From: an uncultured Candidatus Actinomarinales bacterium
GTDB lineage: Bacteria > Actinomycetota > Acidimicrobiia > Actinomarinales > Actinomarinaceae
Direction: 5' to 3'
Assembly (NCBI GenBank): GCA_943789065.1
Contig: CALSSQ010000001.1
Coordinates: forward strand, 651,827-715,826
DNA length: 64,000 bases
Shown here: positions 48,632-59,102 of the stretch, one piece after another
How positions within the stretch are numbered: position 1 is the stretch's first letter
Layout: every line of letters starts with the position of its first letter
Program-made: the position numbers and the translations under genes
Notes under the pieces: generated by a model
The model's input: the letters and a program-made list of their open reading frames with translations, nothing else
Told to the model about the DNA's origin: nothing
Database searches by the model: none

Positions 48632-48714
48632 TCTATATAGTTTTACAACAATTGTCAAGGGGCTAATTCTTCATTTAATTTAGCGTAATTTTAGATATGT
48701 AGGATAATTAAATA

Positions 48715-49170
48715 ATGCCTAATCAAAAATTAGTTTCCTCTGGAGGAATTTACAAAGGTAAGACAAGCATGTGGCTCTACATATTTCATAGAGTTACTGG
48801 TGTAGCTTTATTTGGATATCTTTTACTGCATATCATTTCAACAGCTTTAATTCTTTTAGGACCTGAGGTTTATGAGGGTGCTGAAGCAATATACAAGAAT
48901 TTTTATTTTAGAGTAGCTGAAATAGGCTTATTTGGAGCAGTGTTAGCACATGCGATAAATGGTCTTAGAATAATTACTGTAGACCTATGGAGAAAAGGTT
49001 CTGATTATCAAAAACAGCTTAATGTAATATCTTTAGTAATTTTTATCGGTGTTTTTGTTCCCTCTACATACAAAATGGTAGATTCATATTTTGATTTATG
49101 TTTAGAGAAAAGTTCACCAGGAACCACCGTCACTGATTGTATTGTAAGACCTATTCCGGATTGGAAGTAG
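48715..49170 (+). CDS. sdhC: succinate dehydrogenase cytochrome b subunit
   Basis: 151 aa. Three TM helices. His ligands (FHRVTG). Confidence 0.75.
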   Translation: MPNQKLVSSGGIYKGKTSMWLYIFHRVTGVALFGYLLLHIISTALILLGPEVYEGAEAIYKNFYFRVAEIGLFGAVLAHAINGLRIITVDLWRKGSDYQKQLNVISLVIFIGVFVPSTYKMVDSYFDLCLEKSSPGTTVTDCIVRPIPDWK

Positions 49171-49174
49171 GGAT

Positions 49175-49570
49175 ATGAAAACTCAAAGGACAGACTGGGG
49201 CCGAAGGCAGCCACCTCTAGTAGGATCTAGTTTCGAGTTGTACGCATGGTTTTTTATGAGAGTCAGTGGACTACTACTTGTACTTCTGGCAGTTGGACAT
49301 ATGTTCATTATGCATGTATTCAATGATACTCTTAATCTTGATTATGAATTTGTTGCTGCAAGATGGGATACACCTTATTGGCGAGCTTTTGACTGGTTAC
49401 TTTTAGCCTTAAGTCTTCTTCATGGTACAAATGGACTCAGGGTAGTCCTTCATGACAATATATCGGATCAAACTGTAAGGAAACTCTCATTATCAGCACT
49501 TTATGTGACAAGCACTGTTTTCTTTATTTTAGGAACTTATGTTATTGTGGCTTTTGTGAGTAAATTATGA
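49175..49570 (+). CDS. sdhD: succinate dehydrogenase hydrophobic membrane anchor subunit
   Basis: 131 aa. Three TM helices. Lies between sdhC and sdhA. Confidence 0.7.
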   Translation: MKTQRTDWGRRQPPLVGSSFELYAWFFMRVSGLLLVLLAVGHMFIMHVFNDTLNLDYEFVAARWDTPYWRAFDWLLLALSLLHGTNGLRVVLHDNISDQTVRKLSLSALYVTSTVFFILGTYVIVAFVSKL

Positions 49571-51309
49571 AGATAGTTAAACATTCCTTTGATGGAATAA
49601 TTGTTGGAGCTGGTGGAGCAGGTCTTAGAGCTGCTATTGAAGCAGCGCCAACAATGAAACTTGCAGTAATCACCAAACTCTACCCTACAAGATCTCATAC
49701 TGGTGCAGCTCAAGGTGGAATGAGTGCAGCCTTAGCAAATGTAGAAGAAGATAATTGGAATTGGCATGCTTTTGACACAGTAAAGGGGTCTGATTATTTA
49801 GCAGACCAACCAGCTGTAGATATTTTATGTAAAGAAGCTATTGATGCAGTTGTTGAATTGGAACATTGGGGACTCCCGTTCAGTAGATTAGAAAGCGGAA
49901 AGATTGCTCAAAGAAGATTTGGTGGTCACACAGTGAAAGAAGGCGCTGCACCTGCATTTAGGGCATGTTATGCAGCTGACAGGACCGGGCATATGATCCT
50001 CCAAACTTTGTATCAGAAATGCGTGTCTATGGGTGTCGAGTTTTTTGATGAATTTCAAGTTTTAGATATAAAAATTGAAGACGGTGTTTGTAAAGGTGTA
50101 GTGGCATATGAAATCGCAACTGGTGATCTACATGTTTTTGAAGCAAGAGCAGTAACATTTGCAACCGGTGGATTTGGTAAGATTTTCAAAGTCAGCTCAA
50201 ATGCACACTCTCTCACTGGAGATGGACCTGGCATGCTGTATCAGAAAGGTATTCCTCTTGAAGATATGGAATTTTATCAATTTCATCCGACAGGAATCTA
50301 CAGACTTGGAATACTCCTATCTGAAGCTGCTAGAGGTGAAGGAGGCATTCTTCGAAACAAGGATGGTGAAAGATTTATGGAAAGATATGCACCTTCTATT
50401 AAAGATTTAGCACCAAGAGATATGGTTTCAAGAGCAATAGCAACTGAGATAAGTGCAGGCAACGGTGCAGGTCCTAATAATGACTATGTATTCCTCGACT
50501 TAACCCACTTAGGTGAGGAAGCTATTATGAAAAAACTTCCTGATATAACAGACTTTGTTAGAACGTATGTAAAGATAGAACCAATAAATGACCCTATTCC
50601 AGTTCAACCAACAGCTCACTATGCAATGGGAGGTATCCCTACTGATGTTAATGGTAGAGTTCTTAGTGATCATAAAGGAGGCGTCATTGAGGGAGTCTAT
50701 GCAGCAGGTGAAGCTGCCTGTGTTAGTGTTCATGGAGCAAATCGTTTAGGGACTAACTCTTTATTAGATATTGTTGTTTTTGGAAAAAGAGCTGGACAAA
50801 GTATGGTTGATTACGTATCTAGCACTAAGGCCTCCCCTCTTAATGAATCAGCTGCAGATGATTTATCGAACAAAATTTCTGGGTTTATGGAAAAAGAACA
50901 TACTACAGAATTTTCAGTAGCAAAAATTCGATCAGAACTACAAGATTCAATGGAAGAAAATGCTAAAATTTTCAGGTCTAAAGAGACATTAGATAATCAA
51001 ACAGAAATTCTCTCTGACCTAAGAGAAAGATACAAAAATGTTACTATTTCAGACAAGAGCAAGGTATTCAACAGTGAACTCCTTGAAGCAATTGAGCTTG
51101 ATTACTTACTAGATATGGCAGATACAACTGTAGCTAGTGCTTTAGCAAGAAAAGAATCAAGAGGGGCTCATTCACGAGAAGATTATCCAGATAGAGATGA
51201 CACAAAGTTTATGAAACACTCGTTTGCATTTAAAAATGGTGATTCTGTAAAACTAGAATATAAAGATGTTGAACTTGGAAAGTATGAACCAATGGAAAGA
51301 AAATACTAA
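49567..51309 (+). CDS. sdhA: succinate dehydrogenase flavoprotein subunit
   Basis: 580 aa. GAGGAGLRAA FAD fold. HTGAAQGG covalent-FAD His. Fumarate reductase/SDH C-terminal domain. Confidence 0.95.
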   Translation: MKIVKHSFDGIIVGAGGAGLRAAIEAAPTMKLAVITKLYPTRSHTGAAQGGMSAALANVEEDNWNWHAFDTVKGSDYLADQPAVDILCKEAIDAVVELEHWGLPFSRLESGKIAQRRFGGHTVKEGAAPAFRACYAADRTGHMILQTLYQKCVSMGVEFFDEFQVLDIKIEDGVCKGVVAYEIATGDLHVFEARAVTFATGGFGKIFKVSSNAHSLTGDGPGMLYQKGIPLEDMEFYQFHPTGIYRLGILLSEAARGEGGILRNKDGERFMERYAPSIKDLAPRDMVSRAIATEISAGNGAGPNNDYVFLDLTHLGEEAIMKKLPDITDFVRTYVKIEPINDPIPVQPTAHYAMGGIPTDVNGRVLSDHKGGVIEGVYAAGEAACVSVHGANRLGTNSLLDIVVFGKRAGQSMVDYVSSTKASPLNESAADDLSNKISGFMEKEHTTEFSVAKIRSELQDSMEENAKIFRSKETLDNQTEILSDLRERYKNVTISDKSKVFNSELLEAIELDYLLDMADTTVASALARKESRGAHSREDYPDRDDTKFMKHSFAFKNGDSVKLEYKDVELGKYEPMERKY

Positions 51310-52004
51310 TGGAAATTGATTTAAAAATATTAAGATATGACCCCGAGAATGATAAAAAGGGACATTGGGAATATTACAAAGTTGATGCTGAACCAGAGGA
51401 AAGAATCCTTGATTTACTCCACAAAATAAAATGGTTTGAAGATGGATCGCTGTCATTCAGAAAGTCTTGTGCTCATGGCGTATGTGGTTCGGATGCAATG
51501 GTAGTAAATGGTGAAAACATGCTTGCCTGTCAAGTATTAGTAAAGGAAGTAAGCAATCCGATTAAAATCGAACCGATAAGGGGCCTACCAGTATTAAAAG
51601 ATTTAATAGTAGATATGGAACCATTTTTTGATAGTTACAAAAAGGTTATGCCATTTTTAATTAATGATGATGAACCCGGAGATAGAGAAAGACTTCAATC
51701 ACCTGAAGATAGAGATAAATTTGAAGATACAACAAAATGCATTCTCTGTGCTGCTTGTACTACAAGCTGTCCTGTCTTTTGGACTGCTGACTCATACATT
51801 GGTCCAGCGGCAATTGTTAATGCTCATAGATTTGTAATGGACTCAAGAGACCAGGGATCTAAACAAAGACTAGAAATCATGAAAGATGTCAACGGGGCAT
51901 TTAGATGCCGTACCGCTTTTAACTGTACAAGTGCATGTCCAAGGGGAATACAAGTAACAAAAGCAATTGAAGATGTTAAAAGAGAAACTCTACTAAATAA
52001 TTGA
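51309..52004 (+). CDS. sdhB: succinate dehydrogenase iron-sulfur subunit
   Basis: 231 aa. 2Fe-2S CAHGVCGSDA. CxxCxxC...CP 4Fe-4S/3Fe-4S clusters. Confidence 0.95.
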   Translation: MEIDLKILRYDPENDKKGHWEYYKVDAEPEERILDLLHKIKWFEDGSLSFRKSCAHGVCGSDAMVVNGENMLACQVLVKEVSNPIKIEPIRGLPVLKDLIVDMEPFFDSYKKVMPFLINDDEPGDRERLQSPEDRDKFEDTTKCILCAACTTSCPVFWTADSYIGPAAIVNAHRFVMDSRDQGSKQRLEIMKDVNGAFRCRTAFNCTSACPRGIQVTKAIEDVKRETLLNN

Positions 52005-52291
52005 ACAAAGAAATAATAAACTATCTCGAAATTATTACACAAAATTTAAACTTAAATAAAAAAGAAAATCTAAACAAAATATATCTACAAATAACGTCTC
52101 AAGATAATGTTTGGAGTATAAATTTAGGGACTCTAGAAGAGAACACAAATTTAGAAAATAATGTAGATAACTTAACAATAAAAATGGAAGAATCAACTTT
52201 CTTTGAGCTTAGGGATAATATAAAGCATCCAGAAGACTTGATGTTCGATGAAAAAATTAAAATTAAGGGTAACTTAGATTTACTTAAATAA
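52001..52291 (+). CDS. SCP2 (sterol-carrier-protein-2)-like domain protein, translationally coupled to sdhB
   Basis: 96 aa. W.I.L...D.T..M....F..L......FM.GK.KI.GN pattern. 4-nt overlap with sdhB. Confidence 0.5.
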   Translation: MNKEIINYLEIITQNLNLNKKENLNKIYLQITSQDNVWSINLGTLEENTNLENNVDNLTIKMEESTFFELRDNIKHPEDLMFDEKIKIKGNLDLLK

Positions 52292-52296
52292 AAAAG

Positions 52297-52319
52297 AAAA
52301 GACGGCTAAGCCGTCTTTT
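52297..52319. terminator. bidirectional intrinsic terminator between the SCP2-like gene (+) and hup (-)
   Basis: AAAAGACGGC-taa-GCCGTCTTTT. Perfect stem. Flanked by an A-run on one side and TTTTC on the other. Confidence 0.75.
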
Positions 52320-52339
52320 CAATAAGGTTTTAAGATGTC

Positions 52340-52612
52340 TTAGTTTAGACTATCTTTTAATCCTTTTGCAGCCTTAAATGCTGGTGCATTTTTAGCAGCT
52401 ATTTGGATTGTTTCACCTGTCGCAGGATTTCTCCCTTGTCTTGCAGCCCTGTATCTTGATTCAAACTGTCCGAAACCAGCAATACTTACTTTGTCGCCAT
52501 TTTTCATTCCGTTTGTTATTCCGCCAAACACTGCTTCCACAGCTGCTTTAGCGTCTGTCTGTGACAACCCTACTTCTGCTGCTACAACGCTTGCTAATTG
52601 ATCTTTATTCAT
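52340..52612 (-). CDS. hup: HU-family DNA-binding protein
   Basis: 90 aa. MNKDQL...GFGQFESRYRAARQGRNPATGE is the HU arm motif. Confidence 0.9.
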   Translation of the reverse strand: MNKDQLASVVAAEVGLSQTDAKAAVEAVFGGITNGMKNGDKVSIAGFGQFESRYRAARQGRNPATGETIQIAAKNAPAFKAAKGLKDSLN

Positions 52613-52721
52613 AGCTGTTTTGCCTTTCTTATTGCGTTTTACTATATATTAATTATAGTTTTTTTAAATAAATTATCTTATTATTCAATAATTAATGGCT
52701 TTTTTTATTAAAAGGCTGATT

Positions 52722-53660
52722 TTATTGACTATTTATGCTATTAAGCTCAGAAACCTTATCTTTTACCGCTTTTGAAGCTTCTCTTAATGCATCTAGCTCA
52801 CTTGTGGTTAAGTCATACTCCACAATTTCAGTGACTCCCTCTTTACCAAGTTTTGCAGGGACTCCAAGATAAACATCATTTATTCCATACTCCCCTTCAA
52901 GCCATGCACATACTGGAAAAACTTCATTTGAATCAGAGATTATTGACTTTACCATAGTTGCTGCAGAAGATGCTGGGGCAAAATAAGCACTTCCTGTTTT
53001 GAGAAGCCCGACTATTTCAGCTCCACCTTCCGAAGTTTTTTTCACAAGTTCATCAATATCTTTTTCAGATAAAATATCGACTAGTGGCTCGCCACTAACT
53101 GTGCAAAGAGATGGTACTGGAACCATTGTCTCACCGTGGCTACCTAGTGTTAGAGCATAAACGTCACTCATCTTGACATTTAGTTTTTCAGATATGAAGT
53201 ATGCAAACCTAGAAGAGTCAAGAATACCTGCTTGACCTATAACTCTGCCTTTAGAGAGTTTTGAAACTTCAGCAGTTAGAGTTGTCATCTGATCTAAAGG
53301 ATTTGTAACTACAATTATTATTGGATCTTCGGAATGCTCTAATATTTGTTTAGTAACATCAGTAACAATTCCAGCATTTACTTCTAGTAAGTCCATACGT
53401 GACATGCCCGGTTTTCGAGGCAAACCTGCAGTAATAACAACCACATCACTTTCAGCTGTTTCTTTATAATCATTGGTACCAGAAACCTTTGTATCAAATT
53501 TTTCAACGAATCTTGACTGATTTATGTCTAAAGCAAGCCCCTGGGGTAAGCCCTCAACTATATCTGTCATTACAACTTCGCTTGCTAAATTGTATTCTGC
53601 AACCCGTAATGCGGTCATCGAGCCATATTTACCTGCGCCAACTACTGTAACTTTTTTCAC
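52722..53660 (-). CDS. mdh: malate dehydrogenase (LDH-like type)
   Basis: 312 aa. VVGAGKYG NAD fold. ITAGLPRKPGMSR. Catalytic His region. Confidence 0.9.
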   Translation of the reverse strand: MKKVTVVGAGKYGSMTALRVAEYNLASEVVMTDIVEGLPQGLALDINQSRFVEKFDTKVSGTNDYKETAESDVVVITAGLPRKPGMSRMDLLEVNAGIVTDVTKQILEHSEDPIIIVVTNPLDQMTTLTAEVSKLSKGRVIGQAGILDSSRFAYFISEKLNVKMSDVYALTLGSHGETMVPVPSLCTVSGEPLVDILSEKDIDELVKKTSEGGAEIVGLLKTGSAYFAPASSAATMVKSIISDSNEVFPVCAWLEGEYGINDVYLGVPAKLGKEGVTEIVEYDLTTSELDALREASKAVKDKVSELNSINSQ

Positions 53661-53678
53661 AACTTCCTTTCGATAATC

Positions 53679-54908
53679 TTATTGTATGTTTCGGACAAGA
53701 GAATCTGCAAATTCAGAGGTTGATAGAATAGTTGCATCTTCTCTTCCTCTTGCAAGATCATAAGTAACATTTCCTTCAAGAATTGACTTTTCCATGCTAG
53801 TAATTATTAAGTCTGCAGCTTCATTCCATCCCATATACCTGAACATCATTTCACCTGATAGAATTAACGAGCCAGGATTTGCTTTATTCATTCCAGCATA
53901 TTTTGGAGCTGTACCATGTGTTGCCTCAAAAACTGCTTTCCCATTTTCATAATTAATATTCCCACCTGGACTTATACCTATTCCCCCTATTTGTGCTGCT
54001 AATGCATCGGAAGCATAGTCTCCGTTTAAGTTGGTAGTTGCAATAACGTCAAATTCTTGGGGTTTAATCAATATCTGCTGTAAGAAAGCATCAGCTATAA
54101 CATCTTGCACCAATATTTTGTCACCTGGATTACCATTTGAATCTTCCCATGAAACGGCAACATCTGAAAATTCTCGCTCTATTAACTCATAGCCCCATTT
54201 TCTGAAAGCTCCTTCTGTAAATTTCATAATGTTGCCTTTATGAACAATAGCAAGATTTTTCTTTCCATTTTCTGCAGCAAAATTGATTGCAGCTCTGATA
54301 AGTCTTTCTGATCCGGTGTTGGAGATTGGCTTTATGCCGATGCCGCTATCTTTTCGAATTTTCCAACCAAATTCATCTTCAAGAAAGCTATTTAATTTTA
54401 AAACTTCATCACTGCCCTCTTCTAATTCTTTACCTGAGTAAACATCTTCTGTATTTTCTCTGAAGAGCACAATATCTACGTCTTGAGGACTTTTCGTTGG
54501 TGTTTCAATCCCCTTAAAGTACTTTATTGGCCTTAAGCATACATAAAGGTCCAGTTCTTGTCTTATTGCAACATTTATTGATCTTATACCTTCTCCAACT
54601 GGAGTTGTTAAAGGACCTTTTATTCCCACTCCATGTTCATCAAAAGTATCTAATGTCTTTTTAGGTAACCATTCTGATACAGTATCGTAAGCTTTTTGCC
54701 CAGCTAAAACTTCAACCCAGTTAATTTTTCTTTCACCGTTGTAAGCTTTTTCTACAACTGCATCAAAAACTGATTGTGATGCTGGCCATATATCTATTCC
54801 AATACCATCACCTTCTATAAATGGAACCGTTGGATTATCTGTATCAAAAGACTCTCTAGTTTTATTAATTGCAATATTTAATTCGCTTCTATTCAAATTT
54901 TCAACCAT
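53679..54908 (-). CDS. icd: isocitrate dehydrogenase (NADP), homodimeric prokaryotic type
   Basis: 409 aa. [27 protein letters not shown] isocitrate/isopropylmalate DH signature. Confidence 0.9.
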   Translation of the reverse strand: MVENLNRSELNIAINKTRESFDTDNPTVPFIEGDGIGIDIWPASQSVFDAVVEKAYNGERKINWVEVLAGQKAYDTVSEWLPKKTLDTFDEHGVGIKGPLTTPVGEGIRSINVAIRQELDLYVCLRPIKYFKGIETPTKSPQDVDIVLFRENTEDVYSGKELEEGSDEVLKLNSFLEDEFGWKIRKDSGIGIKPISNTGSERLIRAAINFAAENGKKNLAIVHKGNIMKFTEGAFRKWGYELIEREFSDVAVSWEDSNGNPGDKILVQDVIADAFLQQILIKPQEFDVIATTNLNGDYASDALAAQIGGIGISPGGNINYENGKAVFEATHGTAPKYAGMNKANPGSLILSGEMMFRYMGWNEAADLIITSMEKSILEGNVTYDLARGREDATILSTSEFADSLVRNIQ

Positions 54909-55777
54909 TAGATTACTTCCTTTACCGCTTTTCCAATCTTTGTTGGATTGCTAACAACTAATACTCCTGCTTCCTCTAAAGCTTCCATTTTGGCTTTTGC
55001 CGTACCTTTATTACCAGAAACAATTGCTCCCGCATGACCCATTTTTTTACCTGGAGGGGCTGTTACACCTGCAATGTATGAAACTACTGGCTTAGTTATA
55101 TTATTTTTAATATACTCAGCCGCTTCCTCTTCAGCAGTTCCTCCTATTTCACCAATCATTACTATGGCATTTGTTTCTTCATCTTCTTGATATTCTTTAA
55201 GAATATCTATAAATGACATTCCTGGAACTGGATCTCCACCAATTCCAATACATGTTGATTGGCCGATATTTAATTGAGTTAATTCATGTACAGCTTGATA
55301 AGTTAGTGTTCCTGACCTAGATACAACTCCTACGTTTCCAGGAAGTGTAATTTCATGAGGCATAATACCAACGTTTGATTTTCCAGGAGAAATTAAACCA
55401 GGACAATTAGGTCCAAGCAATTTAGATTTAGTGTTGTTTTTAATTAGATTGTACATTTCAGCTTCATCTTTGGCAGGAATTCCTTCCGTTATACAAACAA
55501 TTAACTGACAGTCTGCATAAGCAGCTTCAAGAACAGCATCTTTTGCAAAAGCAGGTGGTACGAAAGTTAGAGCAACATTTGCCCCTGTTTCGTCAATTGC
55601 TTCTTGTACTGTATTAAATATAGGGATTGACTCTACTTGCTCTCCACCTTTGCCAGGACGTGTTCCTGCGACTATCTTTGTTCCATAATCTCTATTTCTG
55701 AGAGCATGGAATTGACCCTCTCTTCCAGTTATTCCTTGAACAACCACCTTTGAATTTTCATCTATGAGTATTGCCAT
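54908..55777 (-). CDS. sucD: succinate--CoA ligase alpha subunit
   Basis: 289 aa. CoA-binding. Phospho-His region GHAGA. Confidence 0.95.
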   Translation of the reverse strand: MAILIDENSKVVVQGITGREGQFHALRNRDYGTKIVAGTRPGKGGEQVESIPIFNTVQEAIDETGANVALTFVPPAFAKDAVLEAAYADCQLIVCITEGIPAKDEAEMYNLIKNNTKSKLLGPNCPGLISPGKSNVGIMPHEITLPGNVGVVSRSGTLTYQAVHELTQLNIGQSTCIGIGGDPVPGMSFIDILKEYQEDEETNAIVMIGEIGGTAEEEAAEYIKNNITKPVVSYIAGVTAPPGKKMGHAGAIVSGNKGTAKAKMEALEEAGVLVVSNPTKIGKAVKEVI

Positions 55778-56910
55778 TATCTATTTCCTTTCACGGATAA
55801 CTCAGCTGCTTCATTCATAGTTTCAGTAATAATTATTTTTTCATTAGGGTTATCTCTGAGAATCTTTAATCCCTCTGTAGCATTTGTTCCATCAAGTCGA
55901 ATCACTATTGGCCATTTAAGATCTTTTCCTTTAGTTGCTTCTACAATTCCTTGCGCAACAAGATCACATCTTGTTATTCCCCCAAATATATTTATAAAAA
56001 CACTGGATACTGAGTCATCTGTTTCAAGAACTTCAAGCGCAGCACTCACAGTTTCTGCTTTTGCCCCACCTCCTATGTCTAGGAAATTAGCAGCACTACC
56101 ACCATATTCAGCTACAACATCAAGAGTTGACATAACAAGTCCTGCCCCATTGCCAATGATGCCTACTGAGCCATCAAGTTTAATAAAATTTAAGCCCTTT
56201 TCTTTAGCAGACTTTTCTGAAGGAGGAATTGGTATATCTTTTTCAATTTGATCAAAGTCTTCGTGCCTATATTTTGCATTCATATCCAATGAAACTTTAG
56301 AATCTAACGCCATTACCCCGCTACTAGTTATTGCTAATGGATTTACCTCTACTAAGTCACAATCACCAGAAATAAATAGTTTAAATAATCTAGTTATTAT
56401 TGCCACTAAATCAGATTCATAATCTAGATTTAACTTGGAGTTAGTTATTGCCTCAATTAACACGGCTTCATCTAATTCTTTAGAGGGATCTATGTGAATC
56501 ATTGTTAGATCGTCTGGATTTTCTTCAGCAACAGCCTCAATATCCATTCCACCCTTTGCGCTTAACATCATTAAATATTTTTTTTCTGACCTATCAAGAG
56601 TAAATGATAAGTAATACTCCTCTTTTATATCAGAAGCCTCCTCAATCAAGATTTTTTCAACAGTGTGGCCTTTGATGTCCATTCCAAGAATTTCATTAGT
56701 GTGCGTAATGAGTTCATCATTATTAGTGGCTAATTTGATACCACCAGCTTTCCCCCTACCCCCAACTTGGACTTGGGCTTTAACAACAACAGGGTAATTT
56801 AAATTGAAACCATGTTCTAAATCTTCAATTTTATTTACAAGAAAAGAATTTGGATGTGCAATATCATAGTTTGCATAAAGTGATTTTCCTTGATATTCAA
56901 ATAAATCCAT
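55777..56910 (-). CDS. sucC: succinate--CoA ligase beta subunit
   Basis: 377 aa. ATP-grasp ([17 protein letters not shown]). [12 protein letters not shown]. Confidence 0.95.
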   Translation of the reverse strand: MDLFEYQGKSLYANYDIAHPNSFLVNKIEDLEHGFNLNYPVVVKAQVQVGGRGKAGGIKLATNNDELITHTNEILGMDIKGHTVEKILIEEASDIKEEYYLSFTLDRSEKKYLMMLSAKGGMDIEAVAEENPDDLTMIHIDPSKELDEAVLIEAITNSKLNLDYESDLVAIITRLFKLFISGDCDLVEVNPLAITSSGVMALDSKVSLDMNAKYRHEDFDQIEKDIPIPPSEKSAKEKGLNFIKLDGSVGIIGNGAGLVMSTLDVVAEYGGSAANFLDIGGGAKAETVSAALEVLETDDSVSSVFINIFGGITRCDLVAQGIVEATKGKDLKWPIVIRLDGTNATEGLKILRDNPNEKIIITETMNEAAELSVKGNR

Positions 56911-56962
56911 AATTTAACTTACAAATTATATATAGTTCATTAATTTATGCATGGTAAGAATT

Positions 56963-59098
56963 TCAATCAAATTTTAACGGGGCCCACTCTATATCTAGAT
57001 ATTTAACACCCCATTCACCACCAAAATTGATAGTAATTTCATTGCCTGAAATTTCTTCAATTAATCCTTTTCCATATTTTTCATGTGTGACAGTATTTCC
57101 TACTTTTCCAATCCCAGGTGAGGTAGCTGAAGTGGTACTAAAATCTTTAACTTTGATTTCTTTAAAAAAGTTTTCTGATTCATCTAAAAATCGACTTTTT
57201 AAATTATACGTAGTACCTCCCCATAGCGTTCTTGTTTGAGAGTAGGTTAAATAAAGTTTTTGCTCAGCACGGGTCATTCCCACATAACATAGTCTTCTTT
57301 CCTCTTGTACTTCAAATTCACTTTCTGATTTTTGACTAGGAAAAATATTTTCTTCCATACCAGTCATAAAAACATATGGAAATTCAAGACCTTTTGCGTT
57401 ATGTAAGGTCATCAACAATACATTATCTTCATCTTCTATACTGTCAGTGTTTGTGAACAAAGCTAGAGATTCTAAATAATCTCTAAGAACTATATAAGGA
57501 TCGTCAACATCTTCTTCGTAAAGGTTTTCAAATTCGAAAGCTGAGTTAATTAGTTCATCAAGATTTTCAATTCTCATTTGGGATTCAAGTGTGCCATCTT
57601 TAATTAGCTGATTTTTGTATCCTGTTAGCTCTAAGGTTTTGATAATTGCTTCTGATGGACCTTTTATTGCGTGGCCTTTTAAATCTATTATTAGGTCTTT
57701 GAATTCTTTAAGCTTATTAAGAATTCGTGCTGACAAGAAATCTAAACTTTCAAAATCATCTAGTGCATTCGAAACTGATAAGTCCTTTGAACTAGAGAAA
57801 TCTCTTAATTTTTGTAAAGTGGATTCCCCTATCCCTCTTTTTGGAACATTGAGGACCCTTTCAAAGGAAACAGTGTCATCAGGATTTACTAAATAATTTA
57901 GATACGAAAGTATATCTTTTATTTCTTTTCTATCATAAAATCTCACATTTCCAACAATTTTATAATTAATGCTATTACGTCTTAACTCTTCTTCAAATAT
58001 TCTTGATTGATTATTTGTTCTATAAAAAATAGCAATTTCCATTTTTTTGTCCTTTTTTAAAATCTCCTGTATTTCAGAGGTAATCCATTTTGCCTCATCT
58101 CTTTCGGAGCTGAATTCTGCTACATTTACATCCATTCCGCTTGAATTGTCAGTCCATAACTTTTTATCCTGTGTTCTTGGATTGTTTGAAATTACTGCAT
58201 TTGCAATATCTAAAATATTTTGAGAAGATCGGTAGTTTTTATCTAAGGTAATAATTTTTGCATTTTGGAAATCTTTTTCAAATTCTTGTATGTTTCTTAT
58301 ATCTGCACCTCTAAATGCATATATGCTTTGATCTGAATCCCCCACTACACACAAATTTTTATGCCTAGAAGATAAAAGTTCTATTAACTTATACTGCACC
58401 AGGTTTGTATCTTGATATTCATCGACCATAATATATTGGAACTTCGATGACCAAAATTTTAATGCTTCTTCATTTGTTTCAAGTAAATCTACTGTTTTAA
58501 TTAGCAAATCATCAAAATCCATTGAATTGGCTAACATTAGTTTCTTTTCATAAGAAGTATAAATTTCAGCAACTTTTACATCAAAAAAAGTTTCAGCAAA
58601 TTCAATTGCTTCCCCTGGACTAGTTCTCATATTTTTTAATCCAGAAATAGCAGCTTGAAATCTTCTAGGTGAATATTGTTTAAGATCCACATTATTTTCT
58701 CTCATACAATTCCTTATCAGTTTTGAGGAATCTGATTGATCATAAATTGTAAAATTATTTTTATATCCAATTAACTGGCCATGTGTGCGTAAAATTTTTA
58801 CACAAGAACTATGAAATGTTGAAATCCATTTAGGTGAAACATCCAAACCCAAGAGCTTACTAATTCTTTCCTTCATTTCGTTTGCTGCTTTGTTAGTGAA
58901 AGTAATTGCTAATATATTTGAGTAGTTTATTGAACAGTTCATGACTAAGTGCGCGTACCTATAGGTTAATACCCTTGTTTTACCCGATCCCGCTCCAGCA
59001 ACTATAAGTAACGGTCCATCTGTATATTCAATTGCTTCTTTTTGCTTTTCGTTAACTAGACTCTTCCACTCTTCTGGAATAGGTAGATTATTAACCAT
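56963..59098 (-). CDS. pcrA: ATP-dependent DNA helicase UvrD/PcrA (SF1)
   Basis: 711 aa. Walker A AGAGSGKT. DEYQDTN. C-terminal Tudor-like tail. Confidence 0.85.
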   Translation of the reverse strand: MVNNLPIPEEWKSLVNEKQKEAIEYTDGPLLIVAGAGSGKTRVLTYRYAHLVMNCSINYSNILAITFTNKAANEMKERISKLLGLDVSPKWISTFHSSCVKILRTHGQLIGYKNNFTIYDQSDSSKLIRNCMRENNVDLKQYSPRRFQAAISGLKNMRTSPGEAIEFAETFFDVKVAEIYTSYEKKLMLANSMDFDDLLIKTVDLLETNEEALKFWSSKFQYIMVDEYQDTNLVQYKLIELLSSRHKNLCVVGDSDQSIYAFRGADIRNIQEFEKDFQNAKIITLDKNYRSSQNILDIANAVISNNPRTQDKKLWTDNSSGMDVNVAEFSSERDEAKWITSEIQEILKKDKKMEIAIFYRTNNQSRIFEEELRRNSINYKIVGNVRFYDRKEIKDILSYLNYLVNPDDTVSFERVLNVPKRGIGESTLQKLRDFSSSKDLSVSNALDDFESLDFLSARILNKLKEFKDLIIDLKGHAIKGPSEAIIKTLELTGYKNQLIKDGTLESQMRIENLDELINSAFEFENLYEEDVDDPYIVLRDYLESLALFTNTDSIEDEDNVLLMTLHNAKGLEFPYVFMTGMEENIFPSQKSESEFEVQEERRLCYVGMTRAEQKLYLTYSQTRTLWGGTTYNLKSRFLDESENFFKEIKVKDFSTTSATSPGIGKVGNTVTHEKYGKGLIEEISGNEITINFGGEWGVKYLDIEWAPLKFD

Positions 59099-59102
59099 GA
59101 TT

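Noticed and set aside
52340-52612. Locally elevated GC in hup (also mreB and the substrate-binding-protein gene), considered as possible horizontally acquired DNA
   Set aside because: These are expected to be highly expressed genes. GC/codon-usage enrichment in such genes is common in low-GC streamlined genomes. Flanking synteny is native.
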